Source of the DNA: a virus
Taxonomy: Duplodnaviria; Caudoviricetes
DNA: 64,000 bases
IMG/VR virus record: IMGVR_UViG_3300017766_003100
Location: 32,001 to 96,000 of that record
Direction: 5' to 3' (one strand)
Part shown: one piece after another, positions 8,389 to 19,107 of the stretch
Position numbering within the stretch: the first letter of the stretch is position 1
How the letters are laid out: each line of letters starts with the position of its first letter
The notes under the pieces: generated by a model
Seen by the model: only the letters and a program-made list of their open reading frames with translations
Databases searched by the model: none
Told to the model about the DNA's origin: nothing
Program-made: the position numbers and the translations under genes

Positions 8389-10320
8389 TTAAAAATATAA
8401 TCCTGATGCTGATAATGGAATAGTTACTCCCGCTGGTGTTACTGTTGTTGGTTTGATGGCCACTTGTACTTTTCCATTTTCATTCTTTTCTTTTTCTGAC
8501 GCTTTAAGTTGACCATACATTGCTAATACTGTAAGATTTGGTGTACCATCGGGTAAAGGTCCTGTAGGTATACCCAATTTTTGTAATTCTTCAATTGTAC
8601 CAATAAATGCTCTTGATTCAGAATATCCACCCAAAAATTCTGAAGCAAATAAAAGAGGTAATGGTATTTGACTTGTTAAAGCCCCAAGGATATCTTGAGC
8701 AATTTGACCTCCAACACTCATTATTTTTATTAATTCATCAATGACACTTTTACATTTACGCCAATCGGTAATTAATTGTGCAACAACAAATAATATTTGT
8801 AATAACTTTAATATTATTGCAGTAATCTTTCTTACCCTCTCATTATTAATATCTTGTAGAACTCTTTGTACCAATTGTAATAAATCTCTTCTAATCGTTT
8901 CAAAAAGTTCTTGAATAAACAAAGCACTGATTCTTGATATTAGATTAACTACAAATTTTTTAAAGTTTTTAGCAAAGTCAACCAAGTTATCCACAAAGGC
9001 CAAAAATTGTTGTCCTAACGAAACTAACATTGAATATAGGGGTAATAGTACCTTGGGTGTTAATAATGAAAATACAACCCCTTGTGCCATTAATTTAAGG
9101 AAATTTACATCAACAGCAATGTCAATATTTCCATTTGGTAACTCAACATTCCAATTCGGATTATCAGTTAAGTTACGAGTTATTTGATTTGCTGCTTGAA
9201 CCAAATCATTATCAGGAACAAATCTTAAATTATCTAAGGCACTAATAATACTATCAACGTCAACTGGTAATAACACGTCCCCACAATTTTCATATTGAAC
9301 AACCCCATTTTTTAAATTTGAAATTGCTATATCAATATTTCTTAAATCTATATCTGAAAATTCAAAAAAAGAATCATCAATAGGGTCATCAACTGGTACT
9401 TTCGCAACACCACTAACATTAATTTCATTATTATTATCAAAACAAATTCCTAAGATTCGTTTGATTATGATTGAGAATTTTGATTCTACTTCAATTTGAC
9501 TTGTACCAATACTTCCTTTTATTGATAACGCACCAGTCAAACCATTCATAATATTTGCTATAATATTTTCAAATTCAACTAATTTAATTGATTTATAATA
9601 ATCAATTAAGAATTGAGATACTGTTGTAGCATTATTCGCGCGTTGGGCAAATGTGACTTTAAACCAAGGGCCTGTTTGACCAAGATTATCAAATTCGGTA
9701 TATTCTATATCAAATAAATTTTGTCCTGAATCACCTTTGTATTGACTACCAGTTGCTGCTGAGTATGAAACATTTGGTGCTTGTGTTCTATTATATAATT
9801 CTCTATTCATTGAGAATGGAGAATCTTGGATTACAACTGGATTTTTCTCATATAATAATTTACCAATATCAGACTCAGGGTCTTTTTTTAATAACCCAAA
9901 TAAATCTATTGCAGCAACTTTGATATAAACTTGTTGACCTGGAGCATATGTTTGTTGTTGGTCACATCCAATTGCATTAATAGTTTCTTCAAAAAGAATA
10001 TCAGAAAGTTTTGGTTCAATATTCTTTATTGTTTTTAACAATAACTTTTTAATAAATGAAATTGAACTCGACCCACTTCCTTTGGTTACACTTCCAACAT
10101 CCAAAAGTCTATCAAATTGATTTTTTAAATCTTTTTGAAACTTTTTATTTTTTTCAATAATATTTGAAAGTCTATCAGACGTTTTTGTCTTATCAAGTTC
10201 TTGAGTATCACCAGCTTTTTTTACGACATTAAGATATTCATCTTTAAGTTCGTTGTAAGCTTGTGTTGAGGTGATTTTTTCCTTTAATTTATTATAATCA
10301 AAATTTAAGTCTAACCCCAT
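8389..10320 (-). CDS. Hypothetical phage protein (643 aa), probably structural
   Basis: Long ORF in the baseplate operon; no motif recognised. Confidence 0.6.
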   Translation of the reverse strand: MGLDLNFDYNKLKEKITSTQAYNELKDEYLNVVKKAGDTQELDKTKTSDRLSNIIEKNKKFQKDLKNQFDRLLDVGSVTKGSGSSSISFIKKLLLKTIKNIEPKLSDILFEETINAIGCDQQQTYAPGQQVYIKVAAIDLFGLLKKDPESDIGKLLYEKNPVVIQDSPFSMNRELYNRTQAPNVSYSAATGSQYKGDSGQNLFDIEYTEFDNLGQTGPWFKVTFAQRANNATTVSQFLIDYYKSIKLVEFENIIANIMNGLTGALSIKGSIGTSQIEVESKFSIIIKRILGICFDNNNEINVSGVAKVPVDDPIDDSFFEFSDIDLRNIDIAISNLKNGVVQYENCGDVLLPVDVDSIISALDNLRFVPDNDLVQAANQITRNLTDNPNWNVELPNGNIDIAVDVNFLKLMAQGVVFSLLTPKVLLPLYSMLVSLGQQFLAFVDNLVDFAKNFKKFVVNLISRISALFIQELFETIRRDLLQLVQRVLQDINNERVRKITAIILKLLQILFVVAQLITDWRKCKSVIDELIKIMSVGGQIAQDILGALTSQIPLPLLFASEFLGGYSESRAFIGTIEELQKLGIPTGPLPDGTPNLTVLAMYGQLKASEKEKNENGKVQVAIKPTTVTPAGVTIPLSASGLYF

Positions 10321-10323
10321 ATT

Positions 10324-10698
10324 TTATTTTTTCATTTTATATTGGTTGTCTGACTTAGTAATATCTCTCTCCATTAAATCTTTAATAATATCATCATCCA
10401 TATTAATATCTGAAATAGAAAATGATTCTTTTGTAGAGTTTGTTTTTTCCCAAATTGAAGCTTGTAATTTAGAAAGAGATAGTTTTTTTTCAACACAATC
10501 ATTGATTATTTTTTGTTGTTTTTCAATAACAGGACCTATAAGAGTCATATCTTCAGGTTCTTTCATCATTGTCAACATTTTGTTTTGTATTCTAATTGCA
10601 GTATTTCTCTGTTCCACAAGTTCATTGTAGATTTCTTGCATCAAGGACAAAATAGATTCCTTAGATAAATTAATTTCTTTTTTTAATGGTCTAGGCAT
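10324..10698 (-). CDS. Coiled-coil hypothetical protein (124 aa)
   Basis: Helical heptad-rich ORF; ATATTTAT motif at 10703-10710 upstream. Confidence 0.6.
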   Translation of the reverse strand: MPRPLKKEINLSKESILSLMQEIYNELVEQRNTAIRIQNKMLTMMKEPEDMTLIGPVIEKQQKIINDCVEKKLSLSKLQASIWEKTNSTKESFSISDINMDDDIIKDLMERDITKSDNQYKMKK

Positions 10699-10710
10699 AT
10701 AAATAAATAT

Positions 10711-11463
10711 TTATTTTATCATTTTTTCAACCATTGCGATATATATAAACTTAAATTTTTTAAGAGAACTTCGAATTTCTTTTGTACTTAAATTTGTCAT
10801 TTCTCTCAATGAAAGAAGAATTATATTTTTATTAAACTTATTGTTTGAAGTACTAACAAATATTTTATCATAATTTTCAAAAATCTCATATAAGGCATGA
10901 CCTAATTTGACTTCATTTTCATTAAGAGTTTCTTGTTTAAAAAGACTATCTAACTCTTTTAAAAAATTTTTGATAATATCTTCAGGTTCAACAACATAGT
11001 TGTCAATATTGTATGAATAATGTTCATCATTTTCCAAATCACTAGATATATCCTCATAGGAAATCTTTCGATTTGTTTCTTTTTGGTCTTTTAATATTTG
11101 ACCCATTAAATAATTCTTACAAATTGTACCGAAGTATGAGTAAGCTTTCTTTTCTTTTGATGGTTTGAACTTTTCAATTTTGGTCATCAAAAATGAATGG
11201 GTATCGTTGTGAATTTCATCAAATTCCGTGTCCTTTCGATATAGTTTGTAAGTCCTTATGATGGAGGAAATCATTTTATCAATGGGTTTCCTTAAAAAAT
11301 CATTATAGATTTTGTTTCTTTCTTGAAAAGAATCGGCAATTAAAAATTCTTTAACTGCCAATTCCTCTCTCTCTCCGAAATAAATTTTTTCTTTTTTTGG
11401 TTTTCTTCCTTTTTTCTTTGACTCTAAACTTGTATCCCCAGACAAATTTTTAATATCTGTCAT
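10711..11463 (-). CDS. Phage RNA polymerase sigma factor (T4 gp55-like)
   Basis: YF....E..(region 1.2-like)...KIEKFKPSKEKKAYSYFGTICKNYL resembles sigma region 2. Confidence 0.7.
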   Translation of the reverse strand: MTDIKNLSGDTSLESKKKGRKPKKEKIYFGEREELAVKEFLIADSFQERNKIYNDFLRKPIDKMISSIIRTYKLYRKDTEFDEIHNDTHSFLMTKIEKFKPSKEKKAYSYFGTICKNYLMGQILKDQKETNRKISYEDISSDLENDEHYSYNIDNYVVEPEDIIKNFLKELDSLFKQETLNENEVKLGHALYEIFENYDKIFVSTSNNKFNKNIILLSLREMTNLSTKEIRSSLKKFKFIYIAMVEKMIK

Positions 11464-11472
11464 TAGGTTTTT

Positions 11473-12276
11473 TTATTCTTCAAATTTTATGGCTCTATCA
11501 ACAATAAAAAATGATTCTTTTTTTGCTGAGTCAATCCAGAATTTAACTTCTTCTTTAGAAAGTACTTCATCACCATTTTTGTAATTCCAAAATATTGAAC
11601 CTTGTCTTTGGTTGGTATGTTTATAACCAATTCTTGGAATTGTCATTATCTTCATTGAGTTGTGTGTCAATCTTAAAAACAACTCATATCCAAATGTTAG
11701 TTTGAATGATGCTTTTAGTAATCCAAAATCAACGAATGATGATTTTTTAATAACCATACCTGAGATTTGGAAATTCTGAAAACTTTGTAATGTTTCATTT
11801 GTGAGAATTCCCATTTCACTAGAAATGTTAACAGCAAATGTTGCCTCATTTGTGAAACCTGCAAATTGTCCATTTTCGGTAACATCAACTACAATTGGTA
11901 AGAAACAATCAACATCAGGATATACTTTGGAATACTTATTTGCATTATCAAACCATATCTTTGAATACTCATCATCAAATTCAAAAATAGATACCCATTT
12001 AGATTTTGCAATTCTAACACCATGATTTACTTGTTCTGAAAAGTTTGGATTTTTTGTCCAAACAACTCTGTTTACATTTAATCCACTAAATTCATAGCTG
12101 TCTAAAAATTCAACTAAACTTGTTTCATCTGTGTGTACTATAATAAGTTCATTGATTGGTGTTTTTTGTGTAACCAATGACATAATAGCTTTATTGAAAT
12201 AATCATCAAACCAAGGGTGGGTTGTAGATTTTATAGGTAATATTACTGATACATCAAATTTTTCCATATTAATCAA
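11473..12276 (-). CDS. Glycosyltransferase, GT2/GT-A fold
   Basis: VSVILPI N-terminal strand; FEFDDEY DxD-like motif. Confidence 0.75.
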   Translation of the reverse strand: MINMEKFDVSVILPIKSTTHPWFDDYFNKAIMSLVTQKTPINELIIVHTDETSLVEFLDSYEFSGLNVNRVVWTKNPNFSEQVNHGVRIAKSKWVSIFEFDDEYSKIWFDNANKYSKVYPDVDCFLPIVVDVTENGQFAGFTNEATFAVNISSEMGILTNETLQSFQNFQISGMVIKKSSFVDFGLLKASFKLTFGYELFLRLTHNSMKIMTIPRIGYKHTNQRQGSIFWNYKNGDEVLSKEEVKFWIDSAKKESFFIVDRAIKFEE

Positions 12277-13327
12277 TTGTTTGTAATTTATTTAATTGTT
12301 CTTCAAAAGATTTTAATCTTGTTTCAAGATAACCTTCGAAATTGTTTATTACACTTTGGTTAAATGATTCAGAAGTTGGAAGTTTCTCAATGGTACTATC
12401 CATTTGAGTTAATAAATTTTCATTAATATTATCTTCCAACAAATTCTGTAAGAAATCTGCAATGTAATCTACAATTTCATTCTTATTGTTAATCCAAAGT
12501 CCATTATCTTCTGACATCCATTCAGGAATCATTCTTGGTACAGTTCCCATACAAGGTACACCACATTTCATTGATTCCAATGGGAATGTTCCATAAGAAC
12601 TAATATCATCAATCCATACTGACATAAAACATTGTTTAAGGTTAAATGCAAATTCAGATTCACTCATACCTCTCATATCTTTGAATGTAACCCATCTATA
12701 TTGTGGGAATTTTAGATAGAATTGTTTGATAATATTCAAACCTTCTCTTTGGTCTCTAGTGTGAATACCAATTATTGGATTTGCGGGTAATGTATCTTTT
12801 TTGAAGCTATTAGATATGAATGGAGGAATAACATCAATTGAAACATTCTTCATTAAACTTGAAAGGTATTCCTTTTGTTGTTCAGATGTTGTGATACATT
12901 TTAAGAAACCTAATTGATTCCAAGATTGACCTGGTTGTAATGTTTCAAGTACATAGTCATATGATTGTGACAATACAATTTTACCACAAGGAAGATTACT
13001 TATCTGACTCATAACAAAACCATATAGTTCTGGTACAACAATGAAATCTTCAGGGGAAACTTGTAGTTTTTGCCCATCAATTGATGTGTGTGGAATATTC
13101 ATAAACTCTTGGTCTAACCAAGTAGATACACCAACATAATCACTTTTTTCATGTAACATTGTTACATTATAATTTTTGTCCCATAGAGATTTAGCCATTC
13201 TATAGGTGTAAGCTATTGAAGCTTTGGCGTTACCTTTAGTATCTTGTACTAAAAAATAAATCCTTGATTTTTTCTCTTTGAGATTTTGAATTGACTTCTC
13301 AATTTTTTCTATTTGTTCTGAATTCAT
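12269..13327 (-). CDS. Glycosyltransferase, GT-B fold (GT4-like)
   Basis: SSYGTFPLESMKCGVPC resembles the GT4 E-G-F-G-x-x-x-x-E-A-M motif. Confidence 0.6.
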   Translation of the reverse strand: MNSEQIEKIEKSIQNLKEKKSRIYFLVQDTKGNAKASIAYTYRMAKSLWDKNYNVTMLHEKSDYVGVSTWLDQEFMNIPHTSIDGQKLQVSPEDFIVVPELYGFVMSQISNLPCGKIVLSQSYDYVLETLQPGQSWNQLGFLKCITTSEQQKEYLSSLMKNVSIDVIPPFISNSFKKDTLPANPIIGIHTRDQREGLNIIKQFYLKFPQYRWVTFKDMRGMSESEFAFNLKQCFMSVWIDDISSYGTFPLESMKCGVPCMGTVPRMIPEWMSEDNGLWINNKNEIVDYIADFLQNLLEDNINENLLTQMDSTIEKLPTSESFNQSVINNFEGYLETRLKSFEEQLNKLQTID

Positions 13328-13328
13328 A

Positions 13329-13598
13329 TTAAAATTTGTTTAATAATTTTTTATATAGTAAAGAATTAAATGCTAATCTGAATGGTATTGATAGTTCGGT
13401 ACTTTTCATACCTAATGCCTCATCAGCTTCTTCATTTTCTACGATTAAAGTTTCAATCATCATTTTAACCATTTCATATTTTACAACACTGATATGATTC
13501 TGTGGAGCACCTGTGAAATCAGATGGTGGTTCGACATTGATGTATTTTTCAATTTGGTCAATATCGAAGTAGTAATTTTCATTTAATATTTTTAACAT
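13329..13598 (-). CDS. Hypothetical protein (89 aa)
   Basis: Co-oriented ORF overlapping its neighbour. Confidence 0.65.
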   Translation of the reverse strand: MLKILNENYYFDIDQIEKYINVEPPSDFTGAPQNHISVVKYEMVKMMIETLIVENEEADEALGMKSTELSIPFRLAFNSLLYKKLLNKF

Positions 13599-14223
13599 AA
13601 TTTTCTAATTCTTTGATATTATTTAATGTGTAATCTTTGTTTATATCCTTATTATATTCAGTTTCATACTTAATAATCACCTTTTCTTGGGGATGATTTA
13701 ATAATAGGTCAGGATTTGCCGTAAGTAAAACATCAAACTCATCCCAAATATTATTTTTTGTTGAGTTTGAATAAAAAATTATCTTTTCCAATTCACAACC
13801 AAATTTTGATAAGAAAAATAAAGTTGCGGGTTTTGACTTCCCAATTTCATCCGAGATGATTATAAAATCATTTTCATTTCTCAAATTCTTATAAATCTCA
13901 TTCAAATCATTAAATGTGAACATTTCAGTTGATGGTGCGTGACCAAACAACTCCATACAATATTCTTCATACATAAATGAATAATATTCTTCATTAGTTT
14001 GAAATGCGAAATGTTCATTTAATGTTAAACTTGTGACAGGTGATAATATCTTATATTCAAATGGTTCTGATATTGTTTCCAATTCAGTATTACCTGATAA
14101 GTCAATTGTATAAGTTTGGGATGGTATATCTTGATAACTCTCTATTAAATGTTTTTCATATAAATGTGTGAATTTACCAATAGTGTCTCTTAATACACCA
14201 TTTACATCAATAGCAATTCTCAT
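13579..14223 (-). CDS. HAD-superfamily 5'(3')-deoxyribonucleotidase-like protein
   Basis: MRIAIDVNGVLRD (HAD motif I variant DxNGVL). Confidence 0.65.
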   Translation of the reverse strand: MRIAIDVNGVLRDTIGKFTHLYEKHLIESYQDIPSQTYTIDLSGNTELETISEPFEYKILSPVTSLTLNEHFAFQTNEEYYSFMYEEYCMELFGHAPSTEMFTFNDLNEIYKNLRNENDFIIISDEIGKSKPATLFFLSKFGCELEKIIFYSNSTKNNIWDEFDVLLTANPDLLLNHPQEKVIIKYETEYNKDINKDYTLNNIKELENYVKNIK

Positions 14224-14945
14224 TCTTCGTATCTTTTTAATATTTTTCCGATTAATGGATTTCTAACCACATCTTTATTATCAAATTCAAAAACTCCAAC
14301 ATCATCTAAACCTTTGAATTTTTTGATTGCATCATACAATCCTGAGTGTGTCTTATCTTTGTATCTATCGGTCTGTTCTAAGTCACCACTGATAAAAAAT
14401 TTACTATTGAACCCAATCCTTGTCAAGAGTAATTTCATTTGATTAGGAGTCGAATTTTGAGCTTCCTCAAATATTAGAATTGAGTTATCAATGTTCATAC
14501 CTCTCATATAGGCCAATGCAAAAACTTCAATAACATCAATTTCTTTCAATTTTTCTCTAGTTTCCTTACCAATGATTTTATTCATTAAGTAATATGAGGG
14601 GAAAATATAGGGGTCTAATTTTTCTTCAACATTACCAGGTAGAGAACCTAGTTTTTCTTCAGCTTCAACAGCAGGTCTAACAATGACAATTTTTTCGTAA
14701 GGTGAAGTTGGGTCAGATAAGATATCCAATGCAGCTTTCATCGCAATATATGATTTTCCAACACCAGCGGGTCCTGAACAAATTGTTATTTGATTTTTTT
14801 TCAATAAATCATAATATAATTTTTGATTGTCAGATAAGAACTTTTCTTTGGATTTCTTTTTGATTATTTCACAAATAATTTCCTTTCTTGTTTTTTTTGG
14901 TTCCTCACTATTCTGAGGTTGTGTTGGTTTTTTTCTTGTTGCCAT
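14220..14945 (-). CDS. phoH: PhoH-family ATPase
   Basis: GPAGVGKS Walker A, RPAVEAEEKLGSLPG, YMRGMN, EEAQN, ISGDLEQTD, VVRNPL. Confidence 0.95.
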   Translation of the reverse strand: MATRKKPTQPQNSEEPKKTRKEIICEIIKKKSKEKFLSDNQKLYYDLLKKNQITICSGPAGVGKSYIAMKAALDILSDPTSPYEKIVIVRPAVEAEEKLGSLPGNVEEKLDPYIFPSYYLMNKIIGKETREKLKEIDVIEVFALAYMRGMNIDNSILIFEEAQNSTPNQMKLLLTRIGFNSKFFISGDLEQTDRYKDKTHSGLYDAIKKFKGLDDVGVFEFDNKDVVRNPLIGKILKRYEE

Positions 14946-14972
14946 TTAATTTATATTTTTATAAAAATTAAT

Positions 14973-14980
14973 CAAATATA
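14973..14980 (-). promoter_or_regulatory. Bacteroidota-type -7 promoter element (TAnnTTTG)
   Basis: TATATTTG on the minus strand 27 nt upstream of phoH; no clear -33 TTTG. Confidence 0.4.
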
Positions 14981-14999
14981 AAAAAAATCAAGAGTTACT

Positions 15000-15887
15000 T
15001 TATGTTTGAAGTTCTTTAATGAAATCACTTATTCTTTTTTCGTAAGTGTGATTATTTTTACTTTTTAAGTAACCATTGTTACTAATCAAATTTCTTTCAG
15101 TTTCATTTTCTAAATAAAACTTGATTTTATCTATCAAATCGTCTTTAGTTTCATAAACGACAATATCTTGATTAATATTGAATAATAATTCCAACCCTTC
15201 TGTATAATTTGTCACCAATAAAGTTTTACAACCTGTTGTTTCAAACGTCCTATAATTTATATCATTTGATATATTACGATTGAAATGAATTTTGTATGAG
15301 TTTATAGTTCTAACCATATCCTCACCAATAACAAAAATATCTTTTTTTATATTAAAAATATTTAGATAATTTATCCATTCACCTCTATTATTAATATTAC
15401 CACAAAAACCAACATCAATATTTTTCTCAATCTCCATCGGAGTTATTAATGTATCATCATAACAATTAGGAAACCACAAGGTATTACCACAATAGTCTTT
15501 AAAGTTAGGTAAATAAGATTTAGTTGAGTTTAATAGAAAATCTGGTTTTATTTGTTTCACCAAATTAATATGTTGGTCTAACACACAATGAGAATCTATT
15601 GACCAAAATATTTTTATTTTTTTACTATTTTTAATCTTGTCCAATGGTAACCAAGTGGGGGTATAATTTTCTAATAAAAAAATAACGTCAGCCCAACTCT
15701 CTAACAATTTGAAATCATCATTAAAATTCTGATGTCCCAAACCCCACACAATACATTCAAATCCGTTTTTTTCAAATGCTCTTTTTAATGAAAAACATTC
15801 TCTATAATTTCTATTTTTTTCGTGTCTTCCGTTTTCTTGTATGATTAAAATTTTCATATTATTTTTTCGCGTAGAAAATATTACCAA
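15000..15887 (-). CDS. Glycosyltransferase, CgeB/Glyco_trans_1_2-like
   Basis: VGFCGN...YKIHFN...INYRTFETTGC..LLVT...ERNLISNNG...HTYEKR. Confidence 0.8.
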   Translation of the reverse strand: MVIFSTRKNNMKILIIQENGRHEKNRNYRECFSLKRAFEKNGFECIVWGLGHQNFNDDFKLLESWADVIFLLENYTPTWLPLDKIKNSKKIKIFWSIDSHCVLDQHINLVKQIKPDFLLNSTKSYLPNFKDYCGNTLWFPNCYDDTLITPMEIEKNIDVGFCGNINNRGEWINYLNIFNIKKDIFVIGEDMVRTINSYKIHFNRNISNDINYRTFETTGCKTLLVTNYTEGLELLFNINQDIVVYETKDDLIDKIKFYLENETERNLISNNGYLKSKNNHTYEKRISDFIKELQT

Positions 15888-16467
15888 TGGTTTTATGAAC
15901 TTTATGATAATTGTGATTACTCAATATATCTTCAATTACTTGTGTACTATGTTCAATACAAATTAATTTTATATTAACTTTACTGAAATCAATACCCTCA
16001 ATCACATTTTGGTCAAAATCTTCGGTGTCAATACTGACGAAATCAATGTTTGTGATATTGTATTTATTAAAAATTTCAGACGTTTTTATAACTTTAGTTG
16101 ATAAAGTTTCAAAATCACAATTATAGATAGTTTTACATTTTAACATCTGTTCATTTTTGAACGTGGAAAGTTGTTCAAATTCATCATTTTTATCAATAAA
16201 AAACTCAACATTCGTTAATGTTTCTTTTCCGCAACCAACATTTTCAATTAAAACTGATTTATTGTTATCATATAATTTTTTTAATTTTTCAAAATTACGA
16301 GGATTTGGTTCAATCAATAATCCATTCCAACCTTTCTCAATTAAGAATCTACTATTAGAATATCTTACACCATCAGCTGCACCAATATCAACAACCAATC
16401 CATTTTTATTAATATCAAAAAATTGTTCTAGAAAAATTTCCTCACCATATTGTGAATATTTAGTCAT
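15859..16467 (-). CDS. FkbM-family methyltransferase
   Basis: YSQYGEE, VVDIGAADGVRYSNS, LIEPNP, IDFVSIDTE. Confidence 0.9.
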   Translation of the reverse strand: MTKYSQYGEEIFLEQFFDINKNGLVVDIGAADGVRYSNSRFLIEKGWNGLLIEPNPRNFEKLKKLYDNNKSVLIENVGCGKETLTNVEFFIDKNDEFEQLSTFKNEQMLKCKTIYNCDFETLSTKVIKTSEIFNKYNITNIDFVSIDTEDFDQNVIEGIDFSKVNIKLICIEHSTQVIEDILSNHNYHKVHKTIGNIFYAKK

Positions 16468-16481
16468 TTTATCAAAATTAA

Positions 16482-17132
16482 TTAATTTATTTTTTCACAC
16501 ACAAAAACACCAATTCCATTCCACCATGTATCTTTACCGCCTTTTTCACTATATGTTTCCAAAACAAATTTTTCATGAATTATTAATCCTGACTCAGTAA
16601 TTCCTTCGTATGTTCCATTATATACTGTTGGATAACTAAAATCATCAATTATTATTATTGAATACTTTGACATTATTGGGTAATAATATGTAATTGCTTT
16701 TTTGTGAGATTCCTGAGAATGGTTTCCATCGTACATATAAATGTCAATGTCACCAATTTTTTCTTTAATGGTGTTAATGTCTAACTTGAAACAATCTGAC
16801 TCTATGAAATTTAATGGTACTTCACCACAAAATTTTTTAACATTCGAGAAAAATATATCTTTTGGTCCGTTAAATTCTGCCCAATTATCAATAACTATTG
16901 AATTAATATTGTTTTTGTATGTTGCGGAAATAAAACTAGACCCCATCCAAGTTCCTATTTCTAAATAATTAACATTATCTAAGTTACAAATATTATTGTA
17001 AAAATGTCTAGTTTTATTACCAGACATACCTTCCATATTTAATATATCATTTGTTAATTTTGATTGTTTTTTTTCAGCCAACTCAAATGAATTCTTACAA
17101 TGGTTAATTAAAAACTCTAAAGAATACTTCAT
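16482..17132 (-). CDS. Class I SAM methyltransferase (Methyltransf_24-like)
   Basis: YLEIGTWMGSS; DIYMYDGNH; IIIIDD. Confidence 0.8.
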   Translation of the reverse strand: MKYSLEFLINHCKNSFELAEKKQSKLTNDILNMEGMSGNKTRHFYNNICNLDNVNYLEIGTWMGSSFISATYKNNINSIVIDNWAEFNGPKDIFFSNVKKFCGEVPLNFIESDCFKLDINTIKEKIGDIDIYMYDGNHSQESHKKAITYYYPIMSKYSIIIIDDFSYPTVYNGTYEGITESGLIIHEKFVLETYSEKGGKDTWWNGIGVFVCEKIN

Positions 17133-17138
17133 ATTTTT

Positions 17139-17768
17139 TTATTTTTTTTTCAAATGTATTATGAGGTCTCTATGACCAGGAATCAAATTTTCCGAAACTA
17201 CTATCCACTTATCATTTAAAATAGATTCAATAGTCTTGAAATTTTGATAATAATGTCCAAAAGGTAACAAATCCCCCAAAACAAAATTTTCTGGATTAGT
17301 TATGATTTGTTTTGAAAATTCAAAATTTGCTAACATAAATACAAAATCAGAATTTGGTTTTAACACTCGATAAACATCATTAATATAATTATGAATTAAC
17401 TCATTTGATAAATGACAAAAAGCATTATAAGAGAAAACAAAATCAATCAATTCATCTGATATGTTTACACAAGAAGAATTCTGATTACCACACTCTATAA
17501 ACTCAACATCATTAAAATTTTCAAACTTTTTTGGTTTTTTTATTACATCAATTGCATATATTTTTTGGAACTTTCCTGTCATTTTTTCAGTGAAAGTTCC
17601 ACCTCCAGGTCCGATTTCCAAAGCAATCTTACTTTTATCAAAAAAAGGATATAATGCGACTTCACAGACTCTTTGAATTCCTACCCCATAGTTAAAATTA
17701 TCATAATAACCATCACCCCAAAAATTTTGGAACTCTTCCTTAGTAAAAGTTTTATTTTTTTCAAACAT
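17139..17768 (-). CDS. Class I SAM methyltransferase
   Basis: ALEIGPGGG, YAIDV, DFVFSYNAFCH, RVLKP. Confidence 0.85.
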   Translation of the reverse strand: MFEKNKTFTKEEFQNFWGDGYYDNFNYGVGIQRVCEVALYPFFDKSKIALEIGPGGGTFTEKMTGKFQKIYAIDVIKKPKKFENFNDVEFIECGNQNSSCVNISDELIDFVFSYNAFCHLSNELIHNYINDVYRVLKPNSDFVFMLANFEFSKQIITNPENFVLGDLLPFGHYYQNFKTIESILNDKWIVVSENLIPGHRDLIIHLKKK

Positions 17769-17783
17769 ATTTTTTATTTTTTT

Positions 17784-18437
17784 TTATTTTATAAATTTCC
17801 AATATTCAGGATGTCTGATATCATTTTCATCAAAAACATCACCAACAAATTCTTTATTTATTCTTTCAGTTGGGAATTTTTTTCTTTCATAATTATAATC
17901 AAAAAATTCATCATGGATGTATGAATTATTTTTAACTATAGGATATATTTTTTCTCTTAAAAAATTTTGGTCTACTTGCCAAAAATTTCCTTTTTTATAA
18001 TCATTTATCAAAGTTTTCATATTTTTTAATATTCCATTTCTACATCCCCACATACCACCTAATATTTCTGTTGTATGGTGTGGATGGTCTCTCATAATAT
18101 GAAAATCTTTATCACTATTTAGCCATTCATCAACTGCCAATTTTTCTCTAAGATTTAATCTGCTATCAGTGTCTCTTGATAACATTATATCTGAATCATC
18201 GCAAGCTAAAAACCTCCAAAACATACCCTCCCAATTCCCATCTTCTTCCATTAAAATAACTTCAGTTGTTGATATTTTTTTTAGGGTTTCAATAATTTCG
18301 GAAGGTACACTTTTACCACAATAAAATCTTGAAGTCCAACCTAAATATATTATAGGAGTTAATTCAGCATTTTTAATTGCTCCAATTGTATATTTTGGGT
18401 TATCACCCCATAAACTAAATGATATTATTTTTTTCAT
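17784..18437 (-). CDS. Putative glycosyltransferase-like protein
   Basis: IISFSLWG...GMFWRF...SRDTDSR...HIMRDHP...ILGGMWG; DxD motif; lies inside the glycan cluster. Confidence 0.5.
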   Translation of the reverse strand: MKKIISFSLWGDNPKYTIGAIKNAELTPIIYLGWTSRFYCGKSVPSEIIETLKKISTTEVILMEEDGNWEGMFWRFLACDDSDIMLSRDTDSRLNLREKLAVDEWLNSDKDFHIMRDHPHHTTEILGGMWGCRNGILKNMKTLINDYKKGNFWQVDQNFLREKIYPIVKNNSYIHDEFFDYNYERKKFPTERINKEFVGDVFDENDIRHPEYWKFIK

Positions 18438-18441
18438 AAAA

Positions 18442-19074
18442 TTAATAATTCTTTAAAAAAAGTTTCCAGCCATAAATACCTAAATCAATCATTGTAAAAT
18501 CATTTTTAATAATTTTGGCAATACATTCTTCAGTTTTCTTATGATAAATTTGATTATTAAACTGAGGTAAAAAATTATGAAAACTAACACATATTTGGTC
18601 TACAGAATCAAAGTCATCAAAAGAATCAAACAAATCCCATTCAGAACCTTCTATATTTACTTTTAAAATTGATATTGATTTAATATTAAATTTAAATTTA
18701 AAATCAGACCAAGTTATTACGTCATATTCACCCATTTCATTAGGTATTATTGACCCCGCAATACCATTTGAGCTTAAATTAGCTTTACCTGTAAATGTTG
18801 ATATAAACCCTTTAAATAATTCAGAATGTTCATTTGGACTTTCTTGAGGGTCTACACCAATAACTTTCTTCTTACCAAAGAAATAACCAGCCCAATTATC
18901 ACTTGTAACTTCTTCAAAGTTTTTATTCCATCCTAAACAACCCAAGTCAACAATGCACCCATTATGTGTTTCAAATCTTGGGTGAACACGGCTCCAAATA
19001 TTTACATCTTGATTGGAGTTTACATACCAATTAGGTCTTATTTGAATTAATTCGTGTTTAATGTTGTTTTCCAT
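18442..19074 (-). CDS. FkbM-like methyltransferase
   Basis: IVDLGC, IGVDP, ILKVNIEGSEW, QICVSFH. Confidence 0.7.
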   Translation of the reverse strand: MENNIKHELIQIRPNWYVNSNQDVNIWSRVHPRFETHNGCIVDLGCLGWNKNFEEVTSDNWAGYFFGKKKVIGVDPQESPNEHSELFKGFISTFTGKANLSSNGIAGSIIPNEMGEYDVITWSDFKFKFNIKSISILKVNIEGSEWDLFDSFDDFDSVDQICVSFHNFLPQFNNQIYHKKTEECIAKIIKNDFTMIDLGIYGWKLFLKNY

Positions 19075-19107
19075 ATTTTATTTTTTATACAAGTCTTGAA
19101 TGTTCAT

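Noticed and set aside
10324-10698. Terminase small subunit call
   Set aside because: Size and coiled-coil character fit, but no diagnostic motif or adjacent large subunit is visible
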